Source: Thermoplasmatales archaeon SW_10_69_26 (GTDB lineage: Archaea; Thermoplasmatota; SW-10-69-26). From it: a stretch of DNA of 32,108 nucleotides. The notes beneath the pieces were generated by a model. It ran no database searches. It was not told the DNA's origin and saw nothing but the letters and a program-made list of their open reading frames with translations. The position numbers and the translations under genes are program-made. This document shows positions 30,976 through 32,108 of this stretch, one piece after another. Every line of letters begins with the position of its first letter. The stretch's first letter is position 1. Location of the stretch: positions 25,460 to 57,567 of the forward strand of contig PXUB01000005.1 of assembly GCA_003009755.1 (NCBI GenBank), in the 5' to 3' direction.

Positions 30976-31716
30976 TCAACGCTCCTCGAGGATCCGATCG
31001 GCCAGCGTGGGCCAGGCCTCGATCGGGACCCGGCCCGGGCGGGCCTCGGCCAGGCCCAGGGCTTCCAAGGCCGGACGGGCGCCCTCGACCTCGGAGAGGC
31101 TCGAGCGCAGCATCTTTCGCTTCTGCGTGAAGACGTGATCGAGCACGCTCTCCAGCAGCTCGGGATCGCGCACGGAGGGCGGCTGGTGGGGCTCGATGCG
31201 GACGCATGCCGAGCGCACATCGGGCGGGGGATCGAAGGCGCCGGGCGGGATCGCGAACGCGATAGCGGGGTCGGCGCGCAGCTGGACGCCGACGGTCAAC
31301 CGCGAGACCTCCTCCTCGCCTGGATCGGCGACCAGGCGCTTGGCGAAGGCCCTCTGCAACGTCAACACGGCAACCTCGAGGTCGCTGGCGAGGAACCGCT
31401 CGATCGTGGGCGAGGAGATCTGGTAGGGCAGGTTGGCCACGAGCTTGTGCGCCTGCGGCCAGTCCACGTCGGCGGCGTCGCCTTGGACGAGCGCGAGATC
31501 GTCGTGGCCGCCGAGCTCGCGGTCGAGCTCACGCCGGAGGTCGCGGTCGAGCTCGATCGCCGTCACGCGGGCCCCGCGGTCGAGCAGGCGCTCGGTGAGG
31601 TGACCGCGGCCGGGCCCGATCTCGAGCACGTGCTCGCCGACGGCCACCTCGGCCGTCTCGACGACACGCTGGAGGTAGGAGGGATCGGTCAGGAAGTGCT
31701 GGCCCAGGCGGGGCAT
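30976..31716 (-). CDS. rsmA: 16S rRNA adenine dimethyltransferase KsgA/RsmA
   Basis: LGQHFL, VLEIGPGRG, AIELD, VANLPYQISSP, F.PPPDVRSA and FTQKRKML. Confidence 0.96.
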   Translation of the reverse strand: MPRLGQHFLTDPSYLQRVVETAEVAVGEHVLEIGPGRGHLTERLLDRGARVTAIELDRDLRRELDRELGGHDDLALVQGDAADVDWPQAHKLVANLPYQISSPTIERFLASDLEVAVLTLQRAFAKRLVADPGEEEVSRLTVGVQLRADPAIAFAIPPGAFDPPPDVRSACVRIEPHQPPSVRDPELLESVLDHVFTQKRKMLRSSLSEVEGARPALEALGLAEARPGRVPIEAWPTLADRILEER

Positions 31717-31725
31717 CGGCTCGCC

Positions 31726-32108
31726 CTACCGTCGGTCCGCGTCCTCGGGCGGCCGGGCGAAGAGGTGGTACTTCTCGGTGGGATCGTTGATCTCGGTCTC
31801 GATCCGCTTGGCGATGATCTTCGTCGGGTTGTGGAGGGAGGGCACGCGTTCGTCGAGGTCCGCGAAGCTGGCGAACTCCTCCTGCCCGCGCTCCTCGAGC
31901 ACCTGCTTCATGAGCTTCTTGCCCAAGCCGGGCAGCAGCTCGAGCACGTGCATGCGGGTGCTGATCGCGCCGCCCTCGTTGTACACCGCCAGGAACCGCT
32001 CCTCGTTGTCCTCGACGATCTCCTCGAGGACGAACGGGAGCTCGTTCTGGGCGTTGTGGGTCATGTCTTCGAACGCGATCCGTCCCCGGACCTGTTCGAC
32101 CTCGTCCC
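31726..32108 (-). CDS. DUF655 family archaeal nucleic-acid-binding protein (HhH); 5'-truncated by the window
   Basis: Frame is open to the window end (DEVEQVRGRIAFEDMTHNAQNELP...); RMHVLELLPGLGKK, F.SF.DL..RV and KYHLF; conserved position upstream of ksgA in archaea. Confidence 0.9.
   Translation of the reverse strand, partial: DEVEQVRGRIAFEDMTHNAQNELPFVLEEIVEDNEERFLAVYNEGGAISTRMHVLELLPGLGKKLMKQVLEERGQEEFASFADLDERVPSLHNPTKIIAKRIETEINDPTEKYHLFARPPEDADRR

Overview
A GC-rich window with a strongly acidic (Asp/Glu-rich) proteome, indicating a salt-in halophile. The DUF655-ksgA-HemK gene order, a ThiN domain and BRE/TATA-like promoters point to an archaeon. The bacterial-type TopA and frequent Shine-Dalgarno leaders suggest a halophilic Thermoplasmatota-like lineage rather than classical Halobacteria (inference). 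Housekeeping genes: thiN 3' end, an NAD-dependent epimerase, topA with about 8 C-terminal GRYGPY repeats, acylphosphatase, an AddAB/AdnAB-like helicase-nuclease pair, a SAM methyltransferase, a HemK-family methyltransferase, ksgA and DUF655. Between them lie about 17 kb of secreted-protein genes, including a tasA-like/sipW/second-substrate operon (candidate biofilm or bundling-fibre system), an ~1820-aa beta-helix/PKD/Ig surface protein with a Cys-containing C-terminal repeat, His- and Cys-rich orphan secreted proteins and a ceramidase-like hydrolase. Other points of note are an apparent CDC48-N(c)-vWA fusion, a probable ATC start codon plus a frameshift in one secreted gene, and recurring 5' and 3' hairpins around secreted-protein genes. 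No CRISPR array, tRNA, rRNA or transposase was recognised. All family calls are by motif recognition; no searches were run.
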